This document shows, one piece after another, positions 12,063 through 25,246 of a DNA stretch of 64,000 bases; the stretch's first letter is position 1, and every line of letters starts with the position of its first letter. The DNA is from Hemiscyllium ocellatum. Its lineage: Eukaryota. The notes below the pieces were generated by a model. It did no database searches. It was not told where the DNA came from and was given only the letters and a program-made list of their open reading frames with translations. The stretch covers positions 68,589,776 to 68,653,775 of the forward strand of contig NC_083418.1 in assembly GCF_020745735.1 (NCBI RefSeq), written 5' to 3'. The translations under genes and the position numbers were made by a program.

Positions 12063-14384
12063 AGAATAGATTCCACATCCACTGTAATTCGCTCCTGTCA
12101 TTCATGGGTGTTTCTCAGTGCAGTTTGTAGACACTATTCTCTTGTCATTTAGTAACTGGGCGTTGAACCCATCTTACTGATGCCTCTCAAATGAGACAAG
12201 ACTAATTAAAGATCACTACAATTTCAAAGTCTTTCTTGTTTAACCAAAGTGAATGATGCACAGGTGCAGGGTACAATGAGCTTCGAAACAAATAAAACAA
12301 CTTTAGGTTGCAATCAGTCTTGGCTGTTAAAACATTTTCCTTAGTGTTATCTATTCTGAAGGTAGTTAGAATTGTTTTGCTGGCCCAAAATTAAGATCAA
12401 TCAGGCATGTTGACATGGCCTTTTGTCATTGGAGTTCATCCAATAGCAGGGAGAGTTTCAAGGTTAAATAGTAAGAGGTAGCAGCATGATCGAGCACAGA
12501 GGCTGTCTGTGTTTCTCTGAAATTCATCCCCCGGGATCATCCTCATAATGGATGCCACAGGAAAGAGCTAAGCTTACAACCCTGTATGTTGGAGAAGAGT
12601 TTTGTCACTTATGGGTTTTTCAAAAATATACAACAAATAGACTTTTTGCTGAATCTGACAGGTGAAATTATTCAGTCATCAATGGCATCTCTGATGCCCT
12701 ATGCTTTGGGTGTTGTTTGCACTTGTAATAATTAGGATTAAATTTGGTTTCAATTCCGCATAATATGGCTAGAAGACAAGTTATTTTCCTCCTACCACCT
12801 AGCATACATCTCGGAGCTTGGACGAGGACCAGCACGATGACTTAATCAGAGTATCAAAGCTGTCATGTATCCTGTTGTGTGGGGGCAGTTATCTCCCAGC
12901 ACTGCAGGAGTGTCGAAAGATGTGCTGCTGTTGGAAAGAAACCATCTTTATGTGGTGTTCCACGTGATTCCAATACTGACACAGTAGTTCGGTTTTGTTG
13001 GCAGCACTTCAGACGGGTTTCAAGTCCTTGCCAGTGTTTAAACTCACTTCAATTATACAACACCCACTCAAATAGTACATTCTTGTGAAAGAGCACATTA
13101 ATTATATGAAATCGTCGGCATTACTGTTGCTGCTCTTGGAGGCCATGCAATTACTGTTACTACGAGTAATTTTCTGAGGATTAATTTTGTGAGGAATTTT
13201 AAACTTCAGTTTCACATCCCCAAGCTCCCCCTTTTACCCTGCACTCCCCCGCACGTGTATAATTCTGCGGTGCATGGATCTAACTGTATTAATAGTGCTG
13301 TTTGAGGATTGCCTGCCTACTCACTGTGCAGCCTGCTGAGTGGAAAGAGTCGGAGGTCATTTTGGATAGGATACAGCTGTTTTACAACACTCGTAGCCAG
13401 CTGTGCTGCTTTGTCATTGCATTCTGGCACATTTCAGCCCTCAACACTTGTACGCCTCGGACCAAGTGCTTGTTATTGCCGTGCAGCTAACATTGTCTGC
13501 TCTGTTTCCCACGCTGTTTCTGCGGATCCAGGTTAACTCTTCATTCCGATCAGAAACACTTGATGCAGTTTTGGATGGTCTCACAAAAAAGATACACACC
13601 CTCTCACATTGACACATCTGTCAAAAACATTTCAATGTCTCCAGTAAATCACTTTGAAAAGTAGCGCTCCTGTCCGTTTAAAGAGTGACTGTTTCCTGGA
13701 AGTAGACAGGCCAATCCCCATCCTTTAGACAGTATTCCACACTCAAACATGAGGGTGGAGAAGGTTGTCAGGTAGTGAACGTTCACACTTGGTTTTTATT
13801 TTCTCCCTCCTACGCCAGGGAGCTTGAAGTCCAGCAGTTGCTATCCAGTGCATATCCAAATTGAGATCAGTTCATGTCAGAGAGATAATGATAATGTTGG
13901 ACACATCTGCTCACTAAACACTCCAATGTATGGCTATTGGGCTATTTTCATCAGCATTTGCAGGAATTTGGAGAGAGAGTTTGAAAAAATAATTATGTTC
14001 ATATTATTTTTCCCATTTGTAGTATATTACAAAACTAGTCATAGTGAGATATGATTCTGCGTAAAGTTTCTTTTACCTTTTCAGTCTTATAATCTTAGAC
14101 ATGTAAGGCACTAAAGGAGGCCATTTTGCCCGTCTGGTTCTTGCCAGCTCCTTGTAGAGAGATCACACTCAGTCCCGTTCCTCTGCATGTTGCCTTTGTG
14201 TCCGTCCAGTTTTGTTTTAAAGTTGTTAATTGTCTCCGTTCCACCACCACCACAGGCAGTAAAGTACCTTTTATGAGTTTCCTTTTCTATATCATGCACA
14301 TTCCTCGATGGGCAACATCACCATTAGAAATGCCTTTGCATTGACGTGTTGCTGAAGGACATCTATATATGATTCCATTTGGTT

Positions 14385-14690
14385 ATGTTGGCACTGGACA
14401 CTTTAGAAGAAAGACTTGACATGGAGCTTCATAAAGAGATATTAATAGTCAGGAAGCTGACATCATCCAGGGCCAAGCTGCCTCCTAGATTGGCAAACCA
14501 CCTTCAACATCTCATCCTCTCCATCCTTGGCATGCAGTGGAAGGAATGTGAAACTGTCTGCAACGTGCAAAGGGTTCCTTTCAATAGTCCATTCAAAAAC
14601 TGCGAGCTGTAGCACTAAGAATGTGGGCAGAAGTCACAGAAGAACATGGGAATAGCCACCATCTGCAAATTCCTCTCCAAATCACCTGTT
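14385..14690 (+). mobile_element. LINE 3' fragment (family related to 58055-58405)
   Basis: catgggaatagccaccatctgcaaattcctctccaa matches 58149-58185. Confidence 0.55.
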
Positions 14691-14706
14691 GCTGTTGCCA
14701 GGTTCA

Positions 14707-15105
14707 GTCATAGAGATGTACAGCACGGAAACAGACCCTTCGGTCCAACCCGTTCATGCCGACCAGATACCCCAACCCAATCTAGTCCCACCTCCCAGTA
14801 CCTGGCCCATATCCCTCCAAACCCTTCCTATTCATATTCCCATCTAAATGCCTTTTAAATGTTGCAATTGTACCAGCCTCCACCACTTCCCCTGGCAGCT
14901 CATTCCATACACATACCACCCTCTGTGAAAAAGTTGCTCCTTAGGTCTCTTTTCTATCTTTCCCTTCTCACCCTAAACCTATGCTCTCTAGTTCTGGACT
15001 CCCCGACCCCAGGGAAAAAACTTTGTCTATTTATCCTATCCATGCCCCTCATAATTTTGTAAACCTCTATCAGGTCACCCTTCAGCCTCCGCTCCAGGGA
15101 AAACA
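14707..15105 (-). mobile_element. CR1/HER1 LINE 3' end
   Basis: LFSLERRLKGDLIEVYKIMRGMDRI; gtcatagag tail. Confidence 0.9.
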
Positions 15106-15814
15106 GTGCATGGACTGCAGCAGCTTCTTGAGGGCGATTTAGAGGGTAGACAATAAATGCTGTCACCCATTATCTAGATTCCAGGAAAAAAATATTTCCA
15201 AGCCTCAAAGCACCTCAAGTATTTAAGTATCAGAATGAACCATTGAAAACCACAGATCCCTAATCAGTGAGAGACGACCTCATATTTTGCATTAAGATAA
15301 CTTTAACTTTCCTAATGCTGGTCAAGTTAAGGAATTCTACTCGTTGCAAGGAAACTGAGATTTCTTAAGTATTTTTCATCACTAATAGTCGCTCTGCAGA
15401 CTTGAAACGATTCCCCTTTCTGTGCAGTGCTGATGTGTACGTGCACAAACCTTGTGTTTTCAATTCTGTAGGAGTGGCTCAGCCACTGTGAAAATGATCA
15501 GGAATACAGTTTTAATTTTACCATTGGTATTCAGTGACCAGAGGTTACGGAACCTCGTTGTTCAATGATTTGCTTCTCGTGTTTCCGACTCTTTTGAGGA
15601 ATTTCAATATTTGCCAGCTGCTGCTGCACAGAAGATTAAAGTGAAAGTGCAGATCCTGAATGTGTGTGTGCTGTTTTTACAACCTGTATTTGAGGAGATC
15701 CGAGCCAAGTCTGAACTTAAAATGCTGCAGTTTTTTTTTGTTTCCTGTAGAAATTAATGGTAAAAGCTGTGTGCCTGATGTAAAGTTGGAGCCTTTCTTA
15801 TTTCTCCAGATTTT

Positions 15815-16101
15815 ATAGAAACAGTGTGGGAACAGGCCCTTGGACGCAACAAGTCCACACCGACCCCTCCAACGGGTATGTTTCCCCTACCCTATTACTG
15901 TACCTTTACCCCTGACTAATGCACCTCATCTACACATCCTTGAACACTATGGGCAATTTAGCATGGCTATTTCACCTAACCTGCACATCTTTGGATTGTG
16001 GGAGGAAACTGGAGCACCCAGACAGACACAGGGAGAACATGCAAACCCCACACAGACACTGACCCGAGGCTGGAATCGAACCTGGCGCTGTGAGGCAGCA
16101 G
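15815..16101 (-). mobile_element. HE1-type V-SINE
   Basis: V-domain and tail on the - strand. Confidence 0.85.
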
Positions 16102-16239
16102 AGAGAGACACAAGTTGGGGAACATGTTGAGTGTTCCTGGGTTGAATCCGTAAATGGAGAAGAACTTCTGATATAGGTAGGAGCACAGATGTTTTAAGAG
16201 GAGACTAAATAGAGATCTCTTCTGGGGTTTTCAGAGAAT

Positions 16240-16620
16240 GAGTTGTGATGATTCTGTGGCTTTAAGTGGTTATTTTTTTCTTCCTTTTTTTAAAATATGG
16301 AAAGTGTTTTAAGACAGGTGTCGATTTGTCAACTTGGAAAGCCAGTAAACTGCTTGTGAGGCCTTGGTTTTTTTCAGAGTTGGAACAATAGGGGCAGCCT
16401 GACTGGGTATGGTCAGCTCTCACACATCCAGATTTCAAGTTTTTTACTTTAGGTTTTAGGTTTCACTCGAAGCAGTTGCTGTTGGGGTCTCAACAGAGCA
16501 GAAGCTGCTCTGTCACTCTTTCTTTTTCTCTCCTTCTGTCTCTTTCCCCCCATCTTTCTCTCTCTCTCTCTCCAATGAGCTGCCTGATTACTTTAGAGAC
16601 ACTTTCCTGAGCTATTATCT
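16240..16620. mobile_element. Possible LTR-like remnant
   Basis: Starts TGTGATG; CT-rich tract; resembles fish LTR-type repeats by eye only. Confidence 0.3.
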
Positions 16621-17556
16621 TGACCATTGAGTACTGCAGCCAAACTCCAATTGCAGAATGCTGTACGAGATTGGGATTCCGCCTAAAACCAGCCAAATGG
16701 ATAACACAGCAGGAAATCAGGACACTGTACAGCTGTTAGGAATCTCAACTGAAGTAACCCTTTTTTTAATGGATTCTTCTGGAGTTGATGTGCATTGCTT
16801 GTGGAGGAGATATCTTTCCCATCTGACCCTGGCATGTGCTTTTAGCCGTCGTTCAGGTTGACTACAAACTGCTGAACTCAACGATAGCACATTTCAGATT
16901 TTGGGGGTGGGGGGGTGGGAGAGGAGGATGGGGAAGGGAAGCAATGTGGAAGTTTTGAACAAAACCAACCGTGTTGAGTCTTGAGAACCCCTGCCATCAT
17001 TTCTAATTGGTTCACACAGCAGGACAGGATACTGGTTAAGATATTCCGTGATCACAGTATATCAGCTAGCCAACAGGAATATCTGTTAGAATAGGTTTCC
17101 TTAGTACTGTTACCTATTTCTTGAGTGTGTGGCATATGAAGGTCTTACACTGTAACAACTGTGACCATCCTGGAAGTATTTAATTGCCTGTAAAGTGCTT
17201 TGTGAGGTGATATAAAACTTTCTCTTATCTGACTATCTAATGGTTTGGATGACCACTGAAATAGTGTATTAATAAAAAGCTGGCTTTTTAGAAATATGAA
17301 CTGAGGGTTGGTTTTGTCTCCATGAGTGACCTATGGAACAGCCTGACATTTGATTGCCAAATACCTGTATTGTGCACCAATCATCTCGTTTTAAGGCTGG
17401 TATAGATGTGAAGTATCTTTTTAGCTCTTGCATTATCTGAAGTGACAAACTGAAATAAATGCTACCTGCACTTTGAAGGTACTTGGTATTTATTGAATAG
17501 TCAGTTTTTTTTAACTGCACTTTGGATTTGTTCTCATTTGTTTTGCTTCCAAAAAG

Positions 17557-17594
17557 TGTTGATCATTCTTCGTATCGAACAGCTCTGCAATAAG
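17557..17594 (+). other. Candidate 38-nt exon
   Basis: Pyrimidine tract then aag|TGTT...AATAAG|gtgagc; one frame reads LIILRIEQLCNK; non-repetitive, retains CpGs. Confidence 0.3.
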
Positions 17595-18226
17595 GTGAGC
17601 CCCTTGACTGATTGTGGCAGTTCCCTCTGACTGTGGTCCTTCTTAACCCCACTAAATCCCACTGCTTCCCTTTGACTGAAAGGCACCCTTTGTGCCCTGT
17701 GGCATGGCCCACGGACAGTAGATTTCTGCAGAAGCTCCTGTGCATAAATTCTTTAACTCCTGTAGAATTGAATGGATCGCTAGAGCCTTTGTAGAGTTGG
17801 AACGCCTGCAGTTGAGCAGACTTAGCTGACAGAGCCCTTCCTGTTGACACCATAGCAGGTGTAGCATTACTGCTCCTACAGTGACACCATCTCTTCTCTT
17901 CAACCTTTGAACATAACAGAAGTTTCTCCAATTCAAATTATATGAATGCGTGTTTCAGTACTTCCTGATATACAAACTGATGTTGTGAGATGTAGGAGTA
18001 ACATTGACAGGCAATTCAAAATAGTAAATGAAATATTCTGATTGGCCACACAAGGATATAAAATGGGAACACAAAAACGTTCTTGAATGTGGCTTTACAA
18101 TCTATATTACTCCCAGCATTATAATGTGATAACAGTCTTGTCATAGTCATACCCATTTACATTGCACCTTAATGCAGATCATCGCTTAGAATGGGTTTAC
18201 ATTTTAAAATGACTTTTCCGTATATT

Positions 18227-18445
18227 AAGTAAAAAATCACACAACACCAGGTTATAGTCCAACAGGTTTAGTTGGAAGCACTAGCTTTCAGAGCGCTGCT
18301 CTTTCGTCAGATGGTTCGTCAACCACCTGATGAAGGAGCGTTGCTCCGAAAGCTAGTGCTTCCAATTAAACCTGTTGGACTATAATCTGGTGTTGTGGTT
18401 TTTAACTTTGTACACCCCAGTCCAACACTGGCACCTCCAAATCTC
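18227..18445 (+). mobile_element. Penelope-like family A element
   Basis: Inverted arms plus 3' tail as at 5503. Confidence 0.88.
18324..18358 (+). ncRNA. Type I hammerhead ribozyme motif, intact
   Basis: CAC-CUGAUGA-A-GGAGC-GUU-GCUCC-GAA-AGCU-A-GUG; stem I CAC/GUG, palindromic AGCU, CUA triplet. Confidence 0.78.
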
Positions 18446-19639
18446 CTGATTTCCATGTATTGAACAAAATGCTGTGAATCTGAGATTTTTCTACATATTT
18501 CTATGTATCCGTAGATCGAACATTCTTTACAAAGAAAAATATCAAGCATCCAATATTTTATTCTCTGTCTGTCTCTCCCTCCCTCCCTCCCTCTCCCACT
18601 GCCTTCCTCTTCTCCCCCACCACCCCTCCCCACCACACTCCCTGAATTATAGATCACAAATGAAAACTATTTCCTTCTGCTCCCAGGTATGGCCATGTTT
18701 TCTGTTGGACATTTGAAAGAATTAATTTCCCGTACAATGTTCAAGCTACTTTTCCATCCTACTGGGGACTCCCTTTATTTCTGTACTCTTCATACCCCTC
18801 CCCTTCCCCCACACAATTTTCTTTTCTTCAAAGATTTGTTTCTTTGGTTCACATCACAGACAGATCTGAGAGGCTGACACCAGCCTTCATTCTCACTCTA
18901 TAATAACAAGGGTTCACTTGTAGTCAAGTCATGAGGTTTATGTTTGATCTTTTTCCATCCCAAGATGGAGCACAGCACGGACCTCAAAACAAGTGACCTA
19001 ACTGAAAGAGAATTAATCTCATTACTGCTGCGTTGGAGACATGTGATCAAGAAAGGAGCTGCATTTTTGTGGTGCCTTTCATGACCTTCGGACATCTGAA
19101 AGCACTTTTCAAGACGTAATTGTGGCGTCAATGCTGTTGTAATGGAGGAACTGCAACAGCCAATTTATGCACGGCAAGCCCTTAAGCAGCAATACAAGAA
19201 TGACCAGATAGTGAATTTCTTATGGAAATCTTCATTGAAGATTGAAAGCACAAACTAAGAAAAAGCAATTTCCCTGTTGCTCATTGACTAGTGCTGGGCC
19301 TAGATCGGTCCAGTTTTTAAATCCTGCCAATGATCTCTGAAGGTATGACTGATGAACTGAGGAAATAGCTGAGATCATGAGGGCACATCTCTGGAGTGTG
19401 GTTTAAATTTCTTGGATTACAGGCAGGAATTCGATCATTGAACAAGCCCAAGAGCGTTGTTGTTGGATAATGAAACAATTGCAAAAATATACACACACAC
19501 ATTTATGTAAGGAATGTTGTAAATATTTAATTCCATTGCTTTCAACTATGAACATGCAAGTAATGTCAGATTTGTTTAACTGATTGTCCGTCATCTTTCA
19601 TGTTGAATATGTACAGTTAGTGAAAAAAAGCTGAACTGC

Positions 19640-19845
19640 TGCTGCTGAAAATCTGAAACAAACGCAAATTGCTGGAGAAACTCAGCAGTTCTGGCAGCAT
19701 CTGTGTGGAGAGAGAAAAAGAGTTAATGTTTCGAGTCTGCAGAGGCTTCTTTAGAATGGATGTTTAATCCTGGACCCAAAATGTTAACCGTGTTCTTCTC
19801 TTCACAGATGCTGCCAGACCTCCTGAGTTTCTCCAGCAATTTCTA
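19640..19845. mobile_element. Penelope-like inverted-repeat element, family C, decayed
   Basis: Arms aaattgctggagaaactcagcag...gcagcatctgtg / cacagatgctgccagacctcctgagtttctccagcaattt. Confidence 0.75.
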
Positions 19846-20482
19846 TGCTTGTAACTATTACAGTGAATATTCTGCATTCACAATTTTGAGCACCGCAGGA
19901 CCAGGGAGAGGCCAGGTACAGACAGTAGAAGGAGCGAATCATTGTTGGAAGATTCCACCATCCTCCCATCCAGCATAGGGCAGTTCGGTCATGTCAGGAC
20001 CCACAACCCCAGAGGAAGGAAGTCCTCTCAGATCCTAAAAGACTGTCTGAGAGGAAAAGAATTCTGTATGCTTCAGTTCCAATGGGGGAGGGAAGGATGT
20101 GGGTGGGGATCGAGCCACAATATGCTGACTTCATGTCATACTTTGTCAGGGGAAAGTGGTCCCCAATTTCTTAAGAACAAGGAGCAGGATTAAGCAATTC
20201 AGCCTCTTGGGCCTGTTTCGCCATTTAATAGGATCATGGCTGACCTCAGCTCTTCTCAGTTAATCTTGTTAATGTGTCATTGTCACCACGTTGAGGGCCG
20301 GTTTGGCATTTTGAAGAAGGCCTGCACGGCCAGGGTGAAGAAAGAAGCTGGCAATGTGCACAGTCAGTCCTGGCCACGCCATTCAGTTGGGTGGCCCCAT
20401 GAAGGAGCACGGCTGAGAAAGGCCCTCATTTACTAATGGACCGGTGCCATGGCCAAGTGTATGGGCCTGAGTGATCTGTATA

Positions 20483-20741
20483 CAGTAGAACCTCGATTTA
20501 TCTGAACGTCAATTATCTGAATTTCGGATTATCCAAAGAAAATCTCAAGGTCTCGTAAAAACTGCATTAGGCAAATCAGCATTTAGTTATCGGTTAAATG
20601 GCATTGTGGCGTGCATTGCAGGATAACCGAGAAATGTTTGGATAATGAAACGTATGAATTACTGCATCTTTGCTGGCTATTCGAGCGATCAGTTCTCCAG
20701 AAATATTCCCTGCCACTCCCTGGGTAATCGAGGTTCTACAG
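20483..20741. mobile_element. Tc1/mariner (Tigger/pogo-like) MITE
   Basis: TA|CAGTAGAACCTCGATT ... AATCGAGGTTCTACAG|TA: 16-bp TIR with 1 mismatch, TA TSD. Confidence 0.8.
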
Positions 20742-21394
20742 TACATCTCGGCAGTGGAGGGAAAGGCGTTTGGGTGAGGGGACAGAGTCATGCTGACCTT
20801 GATATTTGGTTCTAGTGATGTCATGGCTGTGGCATGTGATCCTCTTCCCCAGGTAGGCTCGGGACCCAAAAACTGTCCCAATCTCCGGAAGGAAAATCTG
20901 AATCGACTCGAGATTGTTGTGTCAAGGTGCTTGGAAAAGTTTTTACCTCCATCTTCCAGAGATTGTGCAGCAGAATGTCTTTGGATCAATTGAAACGTGC
21001 AGTAGCATCACTTTATCATTGTTTGCCCATTAACCAAATCAATTAATCACCCTGTACAAGGATTAATTGTAGTTCACCTCCAGGAAATGGCAGGTTAGGA
21101 GTGTGGGCATTCAGCAAATTCAGCTTCTCAACCAGAACTGCAAGTTTCAGCACCTTATTCTTGTTTATTATTCTTATTTTTTCTTGTGAAAGCTGGTTGA
21201 TGGCCAAAATCTGTAAGACAGCACAGCGCCAAGTTTGGAAAAGAGAAGTAGTTGAGGAATGCAATTAGTTGATGTTAAACTTGGGCCCTTTCTAAACTTG
21301 TAAATTAGAACAGAGAAACTGACTTCAGGCTCTGATATTGAGTTGCAGCAGATGATCGTATGAGATTGGTGTGGGATAAGCATCTCCATCAGAC

Positions 21395-21522
21395 ACCATG
21401 AAAACAGACCCTCGGTCCAACTAGTCCACACCAACCGTATTCCCAAATTAAATTAGTCCCACCTGTGCCTGTATTTGGCCCATATCCCTCCAAACCTTTC
21501 CTATTCATGTATTTATTCAAAC
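21395..21522 (-). mobile_element. CR1/HER1 3' tip
   Basis: aacagaccctcggtccaac...tagtccca...ggcccatatccctccaaacc. Confidence 0.75.
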
Positions 21523-21698
21523 CTCATGCATAATTAATTTCTCCGCTATCCATCTCAATAGTAATGCTCTCAGGTGATGCCAGCCTTAACAATTGCTTTA
21601 AAACCACAATATCTCCAATTGTTTGTTTTCTTAGTTCCCGTATAGTCGCCCTGATTTACTCTAGTGTACCATTCTGAGTCTCCAGTCATAGAAAATAT

Positions 21699-22521
21699 CA
21701 TAGAGTCCCTACAACGTGAAAACAGGCCCTTCGGTCAAACAAGTGGAAGGATGTGGAAGCTTTAGAACGAGTGCAGAGGAGGTTTACCAGGATGTTGCCT
21801 GGAATGGTAGGAAAATCTTATGAGGAAAGGCTGAGGCACTTGGGACTGTTCTCATTGGAGAAGAGAAGGTTTAGGGGAGATCTGATAGAAGTGTATAAGA
21901 TGATTAGGGGTTTAGATAGGGTAGATACTAAGAACCTTTTACCGCTAATGGAGTCAGGTGTTACTAGGGGACATAGCTTTAAATTAAGGGGTGGTAGGTA
22001 TAGGACAGATGTTAGGGGTAGATTCTTCACACAGCGGGTTGTGAGTTCATGGAATGCCCTGCCCGTATCAGTGGTGAACTCTCCTTCTTTATGGTCATTT
22101 AAGCGGGCATTGGATAGGCATTTGGAAGTTATTGGGCTAGTATAGGTTAGGTAGGATTCGGTCGGCGCAACATCGAGGGCCGAAGGGCCTGTACTGCGCT
22201 GTATCCTTCTATGTTCTATGTTCTATGTAAGTCCACACTGAGTCGCTAAAGAGTAACCCACCCAGACTCATTCCCCTACCCTAGTATCCTACATTTACCC
22301 ATAACTAATGCACCTAACCTACACATCCCTGAACACTAAGGGCAATTTAGCATGGCCAATTCACCTAACCTGCACATCTTTGGATTGAGGGAGGAAACCA
22401 GAGCACCCGAAGGAAACTCACGCAGACACGGGGAGAATGTGCAAACTCCACACAGACAGTCACCAAGGCTGGAATCAAATTCTGGTCCCTGGTGCTGTGA
22501 GGCAGCAGTGAACTAACCACT
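21699..22521 (-). mobile_element. HE1-type V-SINE split by a CR1 insertion
   Basis: SINE tail 21699-21744 continues at 22229 (aagtccacactg). Confidence 0.85.
21745..22228 (+). mobile_element. Young CR1 LINE 3' end with open ORF2 C-terminus and (TTCTATG)3 tail
   Basis: ORF 21753-22145 ALERVQRRFTRMLPG...RGDLIEVYKM...TRGHSFKL...FFTQRVVSSWNALP is uninterrupted; aagt on both flanks. Confidence 0.92.
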
Positions 22522-23064
22522 GATCCATCATACCTTCAGTGTTTACATATTGGCTGTTTAGATGCTTGAGTTTGGATAGTATGGCAGCTTTAGGTAAGTG
22601 CACAAGATGAGCAGCTTTACCTCTGCTGTAAATTTGGAATTCATCTCTATTGGCATTCTCTCGCAACAAGCTGAACCAACTTTTGAGCTCTGTAGTTTGT
22701 GATTCTTTTTTATTCTATCCCTTCTGTCCTTTTTGTTTTATACTGCTCCTTTAGCTTTGAGTTCCCATGAAGGGGCACTATGTCAATGAAGGCTGTAACA
22801 AACACTGAAAGCAGTGATGGGTTACTGAAGCTCTTCATTCCTTCTGTCATTAAAACCACCACAAGAGTGTCAAATGTTAAATAACCAATGTAAAAATAAT
22901 TTACATTGCAACTTCCTTTTCTTTCTGCTATGTAAGGTGTTCTTCGGCAAATTAGGCTATAGGATATATTTTCTCACTTTCTATTTAAAATTTTACCAAA
23001 TCTTCATATTCCCAAAACAAAATACCACATAACTCCAGGTTCTATGGGCCTGATTTCAACTCTA

Positions 23065-23300
23065 ACATAGAAAATAGGAGTAAGCTACTCAGTCCTTGAA
23101 GCATGCTCAGCCATTCAATATCCGACTCCATGCCCTGTTCCCTCTTTCTCCCCATACCTTTTCTTCCCTTTAGCCCTAAGAATTAAATCTTAACTCCTGT
23201 GAGCATTCAACACTTTGGCCTCAACCTCTTTCTGTGAAACTTTCACTCACAATCCAAAATGGCCCTACCTCATATCCTTATCCCTGGTTCTGGTCTCCCT
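23065..23300 (-). mobile_element. Old CR1 3' tip
   Basis: acatagaaaataggag...gctcagccattcaata. Confidence 0.55.
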
Positions 23301-24667
23301 GATGTAGGTGAATGGGTTTTGACAGGGTGACCACCTCACAGCTTAAACCCAAATTTTTTTTTCTTTTGAAGGTAGGCATCGATTTCCTGGGGAATAGAAT
23401 AAAAACAAAGACAAGTGAAGAAAAGATAGAATCAATAATAATGAAGAATGCTATTAACTTGACACATTATATGGGCTAACATAATTAGTTCCTCCATGTT
23501 GGAATTGTGGCATGAGGTGACCTGTTGAGTATGTGAACTGTCACCCAGATGCTTCAAGTGTGACATTAACAGCCGTAAGAAAGCAACTTCTACTTTGTGA
23601 GGATGCAGTATGTAAGTAGTTAAACCAAAATTGCACTTTTGGGGTGAAAAATGCTTAACATTTTATTTGTAAGTGGCTTTGCACTGTTTGAGCTTCTCCA
23701 CCTTCAAACGAAAGCGGATTTCCTTCCTGAATTTGTCTTTGTTTGGTTTTCACCCCTACAGAGCATTGTGGGAGAATCTTCCCCCTGCAGGGATTGTGGG
23801 AACTTAAGAGTGAACACTCATCATTGGTGACAAATCAATGGCGTCCTCAGAAAACAGAAACCCCAGGCCTCCATCTAGTCGAACTGGAGACCAGTGGGAA
23901 CATTCTGAAGCAGATAATGAATGATGCAGGGATGTGACTTGTTAAGTGGACGCTGGGAGAGTGAAGCTGAGAGAAACTATTATTCTTCAGCAGCTGTAGT
24001 TTGTTTTCAGGGCGGGAAAGGCTTCAGCTATTTTTGATTTACTTTCAGCAGATGGAAATGAAGTTGACTGCTGTGTCGGGATAACAAAGCAAGTCTAAAG
24101 CTGCACTTTTTTTTTTACGAACTGCTCCCTGCAGTGAGTAAATGGTTAGTTGTATTCTTGAGGCATATAATGGAAAGAAGTGGACAAGCATCTTTCGCTT
24201 AGAAATAGCATTCAAAGACTGACTATTTAAAACTGCAAATTGCGCAGTGACACTGCTAAAGAATGACTTGGTTTTCTTTTTACTGGCCTTTTATTCAAGG
24301 TGAAATACTGCTTTTCCCTCTCCTGTTTTGCCTAACTCCTGTTTAGTCTCCTGGGGATATGATGAGGTTGTTTGGGTATCTGAGTCGTTCCAATGCAAAG
24401 TGGGTCGGTTCTTAGAGCATGGTTTCAGAGCTCCATAACTGCTGTTTTCTGTTTTCATTTAAAATGCTTTGATTTAGCAATGCCATTTACCAGTCTACAA
24501 GAGGAATGCCATGATCCAATCAGCAGTTTCAGCGTTATGATATTGTAATGTTGATTTTGTTTAGATGTGCAGGGAACTACTGAGAAATGATTAATATTTC
24601 CATTCTGATTGATCTGGTATCACATGGGTCTCAGAACATTTGAGAAGGGGTGTTTACAACTCTTCCA

Positions 24668-25001
24668 GAATCACTGAATCCCTGAGTTGTGGAAGCAGAA
24701 CATTCAGCCCATCAAGTCCACACTGACCATTTAAAGAGCATCCCACCCCATCCCTGTAACCATGCATTTCCCACAGCGAAGTCACCTAGTCTATATGTCA
24801 CAGGACATTATGGGAAAATTAGCATGGACAATCCACCTAACCTGCACATCCTTGGAATATGGGAGGAATCTGGAGCACTCAGAGAAAACCCACACAACAC
24901 GGGAGAATGTGCAAACTCTACACAGACAGTTGCCTGAGGGTAGAATCAAACCCAGGTCCCTGGCACTGTGATGCAGCAGTGCTAACCACTGAGCCACTGT
25001 G
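24668..25001 (-). mobile_element. HE1-type V-SINE (older)
   Basis: Ends cagcagtgctaaccactgagccac. Confidence 0.85.
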
Positions 25002-25246
25002 CAGCTGGAAGCTAAAACTTGATTGATCACTCTCGGCTGAAATGGCAAGAATGCTTCATGTTGTTTTAAAATTGGAGAGTTAAGATACTTTGGATAGGCA
25101 TATGCTGTTGGCATGGGAATCCACTGCTTTTGTATGATGTTGTCAGTTAACCCTAGAAGTGCTTAAACTATGAATAATGGAGTCAATCCATCCAATATTT
25201 TAATAACCAGAGCACGATTAGGGTGAGATTGGAAAATTAGCACCAA

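Noticed and set aside
20236-20436. VEGRFGILKK resembling a Harbinger transposase motif
   Set aside because: Only ~10 aa, with no flanking DDE motifs or TIRs seen
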